Of a stretch of 63,974 nt of DNA, positions 37,115-46,240 are shown piece by piece. How positions within the stretch are numbered: position 1 is the stretch's first letter; each line of letters opens with the position of its first letter. The notes under the pieces are model-generated. The model was given only the letters and a program-made list of their open reading frames with translations, had not been told where the DNA came from and made no database searches. The DNA is from a virus (Duplodnaviria; Caudoviricetes), in IMG/VR virus record IMGVR_UViG_3300036785_000518, positions 1-63,974 of that record; one strand, 5' to 3'. The translations under genes and the position numbers were made by a program.

Positions 37115-37980
37115 GTCTTCTTCGAGCGGTCCTGCGCGCGTGTGCCGTCGGCGCGCTCCGCGATCAGACATGGGCGGAAGAGCGCGTCTATGACAGCGAT
37201 CTAACGCCTCTGGCGCAGGCGGTTTATGGCGGTCCGGCAAAACCGTATGTCGTAATTTATACCGATCAAGACGATGTTGTTCCGGTGATGGGCGTCGGCG
37301 AGATTTACTCCGGCGAGAATCGATCGCTGTCGCTCGCCATCGAGATCGGCATTGCAGGCGCGGTGCGCTCGACGCCGGGCGACCCTTTATCGCCGTTGAC
37401 GATCAAGTTTGCAGCGACCGACATGGGCATGGAGTGGGCGTGCGATGTGGTGTCGGCGCAGGTGCTGGCGGCGTTGTCGGGCGAGGCGAAGAGCGAATGG
37501 GGCGAGCTGTTCAAAAAGATGGTCGCAGGTATCCGTCGCATGCCGTCGCGGCGCGGCGGTCAGGCGTCGAGCGGCGTGCGTTTCGCGTCGCGGCGCATCA
37601 TCTTCGTGCTGCAGCCGATGTACGACTTCTCGCCAGGCATCGTACCGTCGCCGAAGCATCCGGTGTGGGAGTTCATCGCGCTGGCCCGATCGCAGCCGGC
37701 AATCGGGCAGGTCGACATCGCCACCATCGTCGAGGACCTCATGGTGAGCAGCCCTGCGCCTGACTGGCGCGCCATCCAGGGCCAGCTCGGTCTGACCCAG
37801 CCAGGCATCGAGGCGATCAACGCAGGCGTGCCGCTGCCCTGGCCTGGCGTCGAAGAGCCGCCGCTCGACTACAGCGACCCCGACGAGTTCGTGCCGCCTC
37901 TCACCGACATCACGGTGGCCGACGCCGACGCGTCGACCTCGACCACGCCGCCGGCGAATCCGCCACCACCGCCGCCATAA
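37111..37980 (+). CDS. putative tail completion/terminator protein
   Basis: TWAEERVYDS..PYVVIYTD; neck position. Confidence 0.55.
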   Translation: MSLLRAVLRACAVGALRDQTWAEERVYDSDLTPLAQAVYGGPAKPYVVIYTDQDDVVPVMGVGEIYSGENRSLSLAIEIGIAGAVRSTPGDPLSPLTIKFAATDMGMEWACDVVSAQVLAALSGEAKSEWGELFKKMVAGIRRMPSRRGGQASSGVRFASRRIIFVLQPMYDFSPGIVPSPKHPVWEFIALARSQPAIGQVDIATIVEDLMVSSPAPDWRAIQGQLGLTQPGIEAINAGVPLPWPGVEEPPLDYSDPDEFVPPLTDITVADADASTSTTPPANPPPPPP

Positions 37981-37997
37981 AACTGGGAGGCACCATC

Positions 37998-38153
37998 GTG
38001 CAGAACATCGGACTTGTTTTGTTAGTGTTCGCTTTCGTGTTTGCCTGTATCGCGACACGGTGGGATTTCCCGCCATGGCACTTCCTGCCTTTGGCGATAG
38101 CCTTCTGGATCGCGTCGGAATTACTAGGTGGATTGGCGAGGGTCTTTCACTGA
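37998..38153 (+). CDS. 51-aa two-helix membrane protein, holin-like candidate
   Basis: GGGAGG RBS, GTG start, VQNIGLVLLVFAFVFACIATRWDFPPWHFLPLAIAFWIASELLGGLARVFH. Confidence 0.5.
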   Translation: MQNIGLVLLVFAFVFACIATRWDFPPWHFLPLAIAFWIASELLGGLARVFH

Positions 38154-38740
38154 GAATTAACGTCGACACTTCTGATCTGCTGAAGTGGTCGCGCTACATG
38201 AACCGTATCCCGAAGAAGACGGGAGCGGCGATCGCTCGCGGTTTAAACACCGTCGGCGACAACATCGTCCACAACGCCGCGCAGGCGATGGCGGAAACCA
38301 CCGGTCTCGATCCCAACGACATCATCGAGCTTATCGAGGTGAAGAAGGCGACCGCCGACGATCTCAAATGGTCGATGGACGCGAGCAAAGTGGCTCCGCC
38401 GTCATTGGATTGGTCGCGGCCGTGGGATAAGAGAACCGGATTCGACGATCGCACACTGGTGAAGGTGGTCACCAGCTTTGACAAGCTGGTCTGCGACAGG
38501 TGCCTGGCTGTCGAAAAGAACTCGCCCTATACGCTCGAAGAAGTCAATTCGATGAATCCGTATGGCAACGGCATAGTGCATCCGAATTGCCGTTGCATGG
38601 TGCAGGCGTGGTACGCGACCCGCCAGCTGCCGGTGACGTTCGGCCGTGGCGCCAAGTCGCAGCTTTTCACGATGCGAGAGCTTGGCGAGAAGGTGGCAGA
38701 AGAGTTGAAGCTCACCATCAGAGCGATCGACAACAGCTGA
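38060..38740 (+). CDS. lambda gpZ-like neck/tail protein carrying a MuF-type Cys module (start uncertain)
   Basis: AIARGLNTVG; DKLVCDRC..VHPNCRC. Confidence 0.6.
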   Translation: MGFPAMALPAFGDSLLDRVGITRWIGEGLSLRINVDTSDLLKWSRYMNRIPKKTGAAIARGLNTVGDNIVHNAAQAMAETTGLDPNDIIELIEVKKATADDLKWSMDASKVAPPSLDWSRPWDKRTGFDDRTLVKVVTSFDKLVCDRCLAVEKNSPYTLEEVNSMNPYGNGIVHPNCRCMVQAWYATRQLPVTFGRGAKSQLFTMRELGEKVAEELKLTIRAIDNS

Positions 38741-38754
38741 TACGGGGAAACACC

Positions 38755-39384
38755 ATGCTTGATCCGATGCAGAAGGTCCTGTTCGAGCTGGCCGAGCACC
38801 GCAGAAAGGCCGCAACCAGCGACCGCATGGGCACCGTGCATGAGGTCTACAAGGACAAGATGCGGATCAACATGGGGCTGCAGGCCGACGGCACGCCGTG
38901 GCTCTCCCCGTGGCTGCACACTACCGATCACCGCGGCGGCACCACCGAGCGTGACTTTTACCGCAAGGGGCAGAACGTGAGACTCGCCGCGGTTGGCGCC
39001 GACTTCCGGCAGGCGACGGTGTCGGCCTATGCCCCCAACGACGCCAATCCGCCACCGGCGCAAGCCGACAGCGCGGGCCCGAACTCCAAGACTTTGCAGG
39101 CGGGCCCGGTGCGCACGACGGTCGACGCCGACGGATCGCACAACGTGTGGATCGCCGACGGCGACAAACCTTCGATGATCTATCGCGCCGATCAGTCTGG
39201 CTTTCTCACCGGCCGGGTCGGCGAGGGTAGCAAGTCGTTCCGCTTTGCAGCGACTGACAAGGGCGTCCACATCAGCCACGGCAATGGCGACAAGTCGATC
39301 TGGGTCACTGAGGACGGCTGCTTCTGTAGTGAGCCGCTGAAGATCAGCAAGAACCCGCTGAAGTTCGACGACGATCATAAGTGA
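38755..39384 (+). CDS. baseplate assembly protein V (central spike)
   Basis: GTVHEV..RIN..LSPWL..GQNV OB-fold pattern. Confidence 0.75.
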   Translation: MLDPMQKVLFELAEHRRKAATSDRMGTVHEVYKDKMRINMGLQADGTPWLSPWLHTTDHRGGTTERDFYRKGQNVRLAAVGADFRQATVSAYAPNDANPPPAQADSAGPNSKTLQAGPVRTTVDADGSHNVWIADGDKPSMIYRADQSGFLTGRVGEGSKSFRFAATDKGVHISHGNGDKSIWVTEDGCFCSEPLKISKNPLKFDDDHK

Positions 39385-39399
39385 AAAGGAAAGAGCACC

Positions 39400-39618
39400 A
39401 TGGCAATGGATTTTGGTGGCGCGCTCGACCACCTCATGAACGGCGGTTCGGTCTATCGCGAGAACAAGGGCGAAGACACCTTCCTGACGCTTCTTGACCC
39501 TGGCCCCAACAGCCAGATGACCGAGCCATACATCTACGTCACCTATTCCGACAACAGCGTCGTGCCGTGGTGCCCGCGGCATGGCGACATCCTCGCAACA
39601 GACTGGAAGAAAAAGTAG
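39400..39618 (+). CDS. DUF2829 family protein (Tad2-like)
   Basis: MDFGGAL..L..G..VYR...PYIY..VVPW....DILATDW. Confidence 0.75.
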   Translation: MAMDFGGALDHLMNGGSVYRENKGEDTFLTLLDPGPNSQMTEPYIYVTYSDNSVVPWCPRHGDILATDWKKK

Positions 39619-39627
39619 GAGGGTCAT

Positions 39628-39882
39628 ATGCCGAAGTCGCCACGTCATACTCGCGCCGCCATGAAGGCGGGCAAGGCTGCGCCCGAGATCAAAGCGTATG
39701 TCATTACTGATCCGCATCATCGTCCCGACATGCGCGGCGAGTTCGCTGGCGTGAAGGTGCGCAAGATGGGCATGCAGCAGCTCGTCGACCTCACCGACAA
39801 GCAGGCCAAGTTCTATCTCGATAGCGGTGCGATCAGGCCGCTGCTGGCGCCGTCCGAATCTGAAGACAAGCCGGCGGCATAG
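39628..39882 (+). CDS. hypothetical protein
   Basis: AGGAGG RBS. Confidence 0.6.
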   Translation: MPKSPRHTRAAMKAGKAAPEIKAYVITDPHHRPDMRGEFAGVKVRKMGMQQLVDLTDKQAKFYLDSGAIRPLLAPSESEDKPAA

Positions 39883-39884
39883 CC

Positions 39885-40670
39885 GTGAGCAACGGCACGA
39901 AACGTTTCTACGTCTACGCCATCATGGTCGACGGCGTGGTCAAGTACATCGGAAAGGGTACTGGGCCACGCGCACGCTTTCACCGTTGGTTCGCCGTAAA
40001 TGTAAACAGGAGGCGAAAACGCGGTGAAAAGGTCAGAACGACAAAGTTCTATAATCGACTGGCGAAGGCGCTGTTAAAGGGGGCAGTAGTTAACTATGAG
40101 ATTCTAGCCTGGTTTGAGACGGACGACGAAGCTTTCGCTGCGGAGATTGCGGAAATCGCATCGCGTCGAGGGCTATGGAATAAGCACGAGGGTGGCTGGG
40201 GGTTCAATTCTGCAAACAGCAAAAGGCTCAGTGCTGACCCAAGGATTAAAGCGATGCGCCGCGAGGTTGGTGGCCGGATAATGAGCGCTCCAGGTCACAT
40301 CGAAAAGATGCAGGCTGGCCGTCTTCGGCCAGAAGCAAAGGAAAAATTCAAGGCGTCGATGGCGCCATTTTGGGGAAGTGAGCGACATCGTCAGATAGCT
40401 GTAGCCAATGGCACCAAGCATATGGCTGATGCTGAAAATCGTAAGGCCGCATCCGAGAGATTAACGAAACTGATGGCTGGCCGCGGTAAAGAAATCATTG
40501 CCGCCTCCAACCGGCGGCGAATGCTTGACCCAGTACAGGCGGAAAGAACGAGAGCTGTCTTAGCCGCAGCGAGAGATCGCAACAACAAAGACCCGAAATT
40601 CCAAGCCAAACAGCGAGCTGGGGTGCAAGCGTACTGGTTGAAGAAACGGGAGGAACGCGGCCATGAGTAA
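39885..40670 (+). CDS. GIY-YIG homing endonuclease
   Basis: FYVY..KYIGKG..R..H, EAFAAE, LWNKHEGG, basic helical tail. Confidence 0.82.
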   Translation: MSNGTKRFYVYAIMVDGVVKYIGKGTGPRARFHRWFAVNVNRRRKRGEKVRTTKFYNRLAKALLKGAVVNYEILAWFETDDEAFAAEIAEIASRRGLWNKHEGGWGFNSANSKRLSADPRIKAMRREVGGRIMSAPGHIEKMQAGRLRPEAKEKFKASMAPFWGSERHRQIAVANGTKHMADAENRKAASERLTKLMAGRGKEIIAASNRRRMLDPVQAERTRAVLAAARDRNNKDPKFQAKQRAGVQAYWLKKREERGHE

Positions 40671-41250
40671 CGGCGATCCGCTCGCTGCGAATCAAGTTAT
40701 CATTAGGTCAGGTGTAGATTTTCCAGTTGTTGATAATAACTTTTTTCGGAGTGTGAACGGAATCTGGCCCGATCTTCTCAGCGGCAAGGCGATCATCTCG
40801 CCTGCCCGCAACGGCATGGATCGCAAGACCGGCAAGCTGCTGCAGGGCTGGGATCATGTCTCGCAAAGCATGGAAGTGATCTTTGCGACGCCGTTCCACG
40901 AGCGGGTGCTGCGGCGCTGGGTCGGCAGTTTCGTTCCAATCCTGCTCGGCGAGACATTCGTCGCGCGCGTGGTGACGAGGTTTTACTGGGCGATTGTCGC
41001 GGCGATCGACTTGTGGGAACCGAATTACCGCATCAAGCAGATTTACTTCATGGGCGATGCACTCACCCAGTGGTCGCCGCTCACTACGACCAGCGCTGCC
41101 GATATGATCCAGCTCGGCGAAGCGATCTTCCGCAACGAGGGTGTCTATCGGCCGCGCGCCCACCTCGGCGACTTCACCCAGTACATGCAGAAGCAGAGTG
41201 GCTTGATCGGGCGTGGCGACCTGCTGTGGGACGTGCAGCCGTTTCCATGA
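40663..41250 (+). CDS. baseplate wedge protein gpW/gp25
   Basis: GMDRKTG..HVSQS..IFATP..RVLRR.VGS..AIDLWEP. Confidence 0.85.
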   Translation: MSNGDPLAANQVIIRSGVDFPVVDNNFFRSVNGIWPDLLSGKAIISPARNGMDRKTGKLLQGWDHVSQSMEVIFATPFHERVLRRWVGSFVPILLGETFVARVVTRFYWAIVAAIDLWEPNYRIKQIYFMGDALTQWSPLTTTSAADMIQLGEAIFRNEGVYRPRAHLGDFTQYMQKQSGLIGRGDLLWDVQPFP

Positions 41251-41489
41251 CGATCAATCCTGATTTTTCGCTCTGTCGCAACTGTGGAAATATGACCATG
41301 GCGATGGAGAATGGCCGCTGCGAGGTGTGCGGCATGCCTAAGCCGGTGCTGCGCCAGCATCCGCCGCTGCAGCACCCGGCGCATTACCGCGGCATGGTCA
41401 AGGCGCTGCAGCTCGCGGCCTTCGCGGTGGTGGTGATGCTGATCCTGCTCTTCGTCGAGTGGATCACGAAAGGGACCGAGTTGAGGTGA
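41247..41489 (+). CDS. small Zn-ribbon membrane protein
   Basis: CRNC..CEVC plus hydrophobic helix. Confidence 0.5.
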   Translation: MTINPDFSLCRNCGNMTMAMENGRCEVCGMPKPVLRQHPPLQHPAHYRGMVKALQLAAFAVVVMLILLFVEWITKGTELR

Positions 41490-41704
41490 GTTGGGTTGTC
41501 CTCACGGCGCCGAACGGCGTACCGCTCCTGGTCAACATGGCTGGCGTATTTTTGGTGCGACCGCCATTACCGAGCGAAGAGCACGAAGACAATGAAGCTG
41601 TTGGCGCGGCCATATTCACCGCGGGCCAAAGGTGGCTGATCAAAGAGACCTTTGACGATGTGCTGGAGATTATGGCCCAGATGGGCCTGAAGGTCCTCAG
41701 GTGA
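41486..41704 (+). CDS. small FlbD-like hypothetical protein
   Basis: LT..NG....VN...IKETFDDV pattern. Confidence 0.45.
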   Translation: MSWVVLTAPNGVPLLVNMAGVFLVRPPLPSEEHEDNEAVGAAIFTAGQRWLIKETFDDVLEIMAQMGLKVLR

Positions 41705-41745
41705 GTCGCCGCAAGTCCATGAGGCCATTATAGGAGAGCATACGA

Positions 41746-42759
41746 ATGCCGTCGAACCTCGTCTCAACAAACCCGTCGAGGTTCAATGTGATTCGCCCCG
41801 AGCTGCTTAGCCCCATGGCGGTGCTCGAAAAGATCGACACCGAGGCGCTGATCACACAGCGCATGAACAAGGTGATCGAGATATGGGCGTCGTACGATCC
41901 GCCCAATGCGGCGCAGTACGACGTCGGCGCACTTGAGTTCGATCCGATCCGGATCAATCAGGAACTCAATGCCTACTTCGAGCTGTTGGTGCGCGACCGC
42001 GTCAATCAGGCGTGCCGTTCTGTTACGCTGGCGTTCGCGGTCGGCAGCGACCTCGATGCGATCGGCTCGCGCTATCCCTATGGAATGCCGCGGATGGCTG
42101 GCGAGAACGACGACACTTATCGTCGCCGCATTTGGTTGTCGCCCAATATCCTGAGCTTGTCCGGCACCGGCCAGGGCACCTTCGAGAGCTACGTCTTCTG
42201 GGCGCTGTCGGCGCCGATGTTTCCCGGCGATGTCCCGCTCAAGCATGCCTCGGCGCTGACCAAGCCATACACCGGCAACGTCTACCTGCCGATCCTGTCG
42301 TCGGCGATCGCCAACCCGGATTACAATTGGACGGTCTCGATCGACGGCAAGATATGGACGCTTATTCCTGGCACGCAGCCGGTGCCGACATCGACGCAGG
42401 TGGAGGCGGTGTTCGAGTACATCACTGCGCCGGACACCGCGCGCAAGGGGTTGACCGACGTCATTAACGTTCTGCCGCCCAAGGTGGCGCCGGTTCTGAT
42501 CGATGTTCAAATCTGGCTGTTCAACGGTATTGATCGCGACACGCTGATGGCGGTGGTGACGCAGGCAGTCGCTGATCTGATCGAGGGGTTGCGCTGGCTC
42601 GGCGCCGATCTCACGCTGCTAACGTTGTCGGGCGCGCTGGCGCAGGCGGGTGTCTATAACACCAAGATCATGTCACCGGCAGCCGACGTGATTGTCGACA
42701 TCGACGGCGTTGTCAACGTTATTTCGGCAACCTTGCGGTATATGGGCCAAGGAGAGTGA
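41746..42759 (+). CDS. baseplate assembly protein J
   Basis: RDRVNQA..LAFAVGSDLDAIG..R..GENDDTYRRRI..YVFWALSA. Confidence 0.9.
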   Translation: MPSNLVSTNPSRFNVIRPELLSPMAVLEKIDTEALITQRMNKVIEIWASYDPPNAAQYDVGALEFDPIRINQELNAYFELLVRDRVNQACRSVTLAFAVGSDLDAIGSRYPYGMPRMAGENDDTYRRRIWLSPNILSLSGTGQGTFESYVFWALSAPMFPGDVPLKHASALTKPYTGNVYLPILSSAIANPDYNWTVSIDGKIWTLIPGTQPVPTSTQVEAVFEYITAPDTARKGLTDVINVLPPKVAPVLIDVQIWLFNGIDRDTLMAVVTQAVADLIEGLRWLGADLTLLTLSGALAQAGVYNTKIMSPAADVIVDIDGVVNVISATLRYMGQGE

Positions 42760-43010
42760 AGGTGGGTGTCTCCGGTCCCGACTTTGATGATGATTACCAT
42801 CCTGGCGATTTCGAAGTTTTCATCAACGCCGTCAAAGTCGTTAATTTGCAGGCACAAGGACTGACGATTGGGACGCCTGTTTCTATCGCTTTGCAAGCGC
42901 AAGGATTGGTTGTCGGCTTACCTGTTTTCGGTCCAGCATCGGTCAAGCTAAAATATAATTTCCAGGCATTTGGCCTGACGATCGGCTTGCCGAGGCCTGT
43001 AAATGGCTGA
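42756..43010 (+). CDS. short repeat protein related to the N-terminus of the next gene
   Basis: three LQAQGLTIGxP-type units. Confidence 0.5.
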   Translation: MKVGVSGPDFDDDYHPGDFEVFINAVKVVNLQAQGLTIGTPVSIALQAQGLVVGLPVFGPASVKLKYNFQAFGLTIGLPRPVNG

Positions 43011-45540
43011 CTTCTCTCATGGCGATTTCGGTTCCCAAGACTTTTTTGTCAACATCGATCTAGGGACGTCGCCGGGCCTAACGGTCGGATCGCCTGTCAT
43101 TCCTGTACTGACGATTGGCGCCAAAAGCATTTTGCAGGCGCTGAGCTTGGCGGTTGGATCACCGGTCCTCGATGTGCCGATCGTTGGCGCCAAAAACAAT
43201 TTGCAGGCGTCGAGTTTGGCGGTCGGCTCACCGGTCATCGGTGTGGCGACGCTCGTCGCCACGGGCGGTGCGCAGAGTTTGACGGTCGGGTCACCGACAT
43301 TCGGTGTGGTGACTCTCACCGTCAAATACAATCTGCAGACGTTGGGTTTGACGGTTGGCTCACCTGCCATTCCTGTGCCAACGATTGCCGCCATAAGCAA
43401 TTTGCAGACGTCTGGCCTGACGGTCGGTTCACCGGTTCTTGGTGCGACGACACTCAGGAAAAATCTGCAAGCGCAGAATTTGACGGTAGGTTCGCCCGTC
43501 ATCGATGCGATGACGATCGACGTTTCGCAAAAGAATTTCCAGCCGCCTGGCGTGACCGTCGGATCGCCGATCCTCGGCGCGCCAACGATTGCCGGCAATC
43601 ACTACCTGCAGGCGCTTTACCTGACGTCCGGCTCACCAGTTCTCGGTGCGCCGACGATGAATGCGGCACTGGCAAGTCTGCAGGCGCTGGGGCTGGCGGT
43701 TGGCTCGCCGGTCTTCGGTGCCCCGACGATCGGCCTCAAATACAATCTGCAGGCGCAGGGGCTTACGGTCGGGCCGTCGGCCCTCGATGCGGCGACAGTC
43801 AACGTCACAAGCAATCTGCAGTCGCAGGGGCTGAGTGTCAGTTCGCCCGTCCTTAATGCCGCGCCGGTCGGTGTTACAAGCAATCTACAGGCGCAGGGGC
43901 TGACCGTCGGTTCACCGACCATCGGCGCGGCATCGATCAACGCCGGTCACGATCTTCAGACCCAGGGGCTGACGGTCGGCTCGCCGGTCATCAATGTGGC
44001 GTCCATCAACGCCGACGTGATCAAATTACGGGCGCAGGGCTTCGCGGTCGATGTCCCGGTCCTCGGCGAGCCGGAGGGATCGACCAGGGACCTGTTCGCC
44101 GTCGGCATGTCCGCAGGCACCCCTCAGATCGACGTGCCGCTGCTTCAGCAGAACGATCCGATCACCCCGGGCATTCTGCCTACCGCTGGCGAGGACCTGC
44201 TGTACAGGCAAGCCACGGGCCTGGAGAAGGCACTGGCGACGGTCGACGGCTATCGGCTGATCGCCACCTATGCCGAGATCATTCGTGACCAGTGGGACCC
44301 CTACGCAATTCGCTACATGAATCTGCCCTATCTCGCCTGGGCAATGGGAGTGAATCTTTGGGAAGAGGATTGGGACGAAACGTTCCGGCGCTGGTGGGTC
44401 GCCAACCAATGGGAGCTGAAGAGCCAGCGCGGTAGCCTGCTCGGGACCAAGCGCTTCGTCGAAGCGGTCGGAGGCAAGGTCGTCAAGGCCATCGTGCCAC
44501 CCTCGAAGTTTTTCCCGACCACGAGCTACACCGATGCGGACCGCGCCGCCTACGTCGCCCGCTTTCCGCAGCTGCGATTGTATCCTTTCGTCGGCCGGGT
44601 GCAGCTGCCTTACCTGTGCTTCCCTGCCAAGATTTTGATCGGCGCTCCACCCAATCAGACCAAGAAGTTCACCAAGAACGGCAACTTCACCGGGCCGCTG
44701 CGAAAGTTCTATCCGACCGCGCAGGATGCTGGCGGCAACTACACACGGACCGCGACGCTATGGGATCGCGGGATCGAAACCCAGCTGACGTTCCGCACCG
44801 TCACCGACTTCAATGCGAAGTATGGCGTGACCACCTACGACGAGGTCATGCTGCCCGCTCGCCTCAACAACCATTACTACATGGGCGAGGATGGCAAGTA
44901 CCTGCTGCCGAAGGGCCATCCGACGCGGCAGAACAAGTACGGCATTTTCCTCGGCGCCGACGACGGCACCCTGGCGCGCATGATCAGAATTCCGCGCGAC
45001 GGCCGTCTCAATCTTTCGCAGGCCAAGGCGATCTATCAGACCATCGTGCCAGGCGGTCAGTTGATCAATCTCTATCCGGACTATGTCGCAGAGATACATC
45101 CGACCGCGAAGACGCGGTTGTTCGGCGGCGTCGGCAAGGTCAAGCAGTTCATGCAGGGGAAATATCTGCCGCCGACCTGCTCCTGGCAGTTTCTCTATGA
45201 GCGCTGGTATATCCTCGATCGAGATCGCGCGCCCGACTACCGCAAGGGCTGGACCTACATGGGCGTGGCGAGACTCGGGATACCTCGCTACAGCGCCGTA
45301 TTGAAGATCGAGATGTTCGGTGTGTGGCGTCCGTGGTTCCTCCGGATCGGCGGCTTCATGCGCGGCTGTACGCGCGCGCCCGACACCAGCGCGATCGACA
45401 AGCTGCGCCGCGCCGTCACTGCCTCGATGGCGATAAGGGACACCGTCGGCATAGACACAAAAGTCAAGCGCGTCATCTCAACAAACGACAGCCTGCCGAT
45501 CGATGGAACGTATACGGTCGGCGAGTATATTAATGATTAG
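43003..45540 (+). CDS. P2 gpI-like baseplate protein with long N-terminal repeat region
   Basis: WDPY..LPYLAWAMGVNLW..W..GSLLG gpI motif after about 16 repeats. Confidence 0.8.
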   Translation: MADFSHGDFGSQDFFVNIDLGTSPGLTVGSPVIPVLTIGAKSILQALSLAVGSPVLDVPIVGAKNNLQASSLAVGSPVIGVATLVATGGAQSLTVGSPTFGVVTLTVKYNLQTLGLTVGSPAIPVPTIAAISNLQTSGLTVGSPVLGATTLRKNLQAQNLTVGSPVIDAMTIDVSQKNFQPPGVTVGSPILGAPTIAGNHYLQALYLTSGSPVLGAPTMNAALASLQALGLAVGSPVFGAPTIGLKYNLQAQGLTVGPSALDAATVNVTSNLQSQGLSVSSPVLNAAPVGVTSNLQAQGLTVGSPTIGAASINAGHDLQTQGLTVGSPVINVASINADVIKLRAQGFAVDVPVLGEPEGSTRDLFAVGMSAGTPQIDVPLLQQNDPITPGILPTAGEDLLYRQATGLEKALATVDGYRLIATYAEIIRDQWDPYAIRYMNLPYLAWAMGVNLWEEDWDETFRRWWVANQWELKSQRGSLLGTKRFVEAVGGKVVKAIVPPSKFFPTTSYTDADRAAYVARFPQLRLYPFVGRVQLPYLCFPAKILIGAPPNQTKKFTKNGNFTGPLRKFYPTAQDAGGNYTRTATLWDRGIETQLTFRTVTDFNAKYGVTTYDEVMLPARLNNHYYMGEDGKYLLPKGHPTRQNKYGIFLGADDGTLARMIRIPRDGRLNLSQAKAIYQTIVPGGQLINLYPDYVAEIHPTAKTRLFGGVGKVKQFMQGKYLPPTCSWQFLYERWYILDRDRAPDYRKGWTYMGVARLGIPRYSAVLKIEMFGVWRPWFLRIGGFMRGCTRAPDTSAIDKLRRAVTASMAIRDTVGIDTKVKRVISTNDSLPIDGTYTVGEYIND
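43060..44150 (+). repeat. about 16 degenerate coding repeats of 20-24 aa
   Basis: NLQAQGLTVGSPVLGAPTI consensus. Confidence 0.85.
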
Positions 45541-45609
45541 ATAAGACGGGACCGCGTCGTGTTGGAGCACGATGCGGCCCCTAACCGCGATCGAAATAGG
45601 AGTTCGACC

Positions 45610-46239
45610 ATGGCTGACATCAAGAGCTATCAGCGCGCCTACTATCAGCGCAACAAGGAAAAGATTAAGCAGCAGGCCAGGGAGTGGGCGCAAGCCAATC
45701 CCGAAAAGCGCAAGGCCATCGCGCAAAAGCATCAGGCCAAAAAACCTAAGAGCCTGCGCGTCAAGCTGGATGCGGAGACGCTGGCAGCAAATCGGAAAAA
45801 GACGAACAATCTGCGCTATGCGACGCCAGAGGCAAAGGCCAAGACCGCCGATGTGACGAAGCGCTGGGCGCATGAGAATCCCGAGCGTTACGCCGAGATC
45901 AGACATCTTGCGTCGATCAAATTCCGGCTGCGCAAGCGCGGACTGACGATCGAGCAATTCGAGAAGATGCTCGCTGACCAGGGCTACTGCTGTGCGATCT
46001 GCAAAAGCCCGACGACTGGCAACAAGCGCAATGGCCATGGCGCGAAGCCTCGGCTTGAGGTGGGCTGGCCGACAACGGCGCAGCAAGGCGACTTTACGTG
46101 GCATGTCGACCACGATCACAAAACTGGGAAGGTGCGCGGCCTTCTCTGCCACCCATGCAATGCGGCGCTCGGCCTCACTCGCGATGATCCAAGTATCTTG
46201 CGAGCCATGATCGAGTATCTTGAAGCAAAGGATAAGTAG
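45610..46239 (+). CDS. endonuclease VII-like HNH nuclease
   Basis: QGYCCAIC..HVDHDHKTGKVRGLLCHPCNAALG. Confidence 0.9.
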   Translation: MADIKSYQRAYYQRNKEKIKQQAREWAQANPEKRKAIAQKHQAKKPKSLRVKLDAETLAANRKKTNNLRYATPEAKAKTADVTKRWAHENPERYAEIRHLASIKFRLRKRGLTIEQFEKMLADQGYCCAICKSPTTGNKRNGHGAKPRLEVGWPTTAQQGDFTWHVDHDHKTGKVRGLLCHPCNAALGLTRDDPSILRAMIEYLEAKDK

Positions 46240-46240
46240 A

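Noticed and set aside
43060-44150. possible CRISPR array from roughly 70-bp periodicity
   Set aside because: repeats are degenerate at third codon positions and conserve a peptide; no invariant repeat with unique spacers
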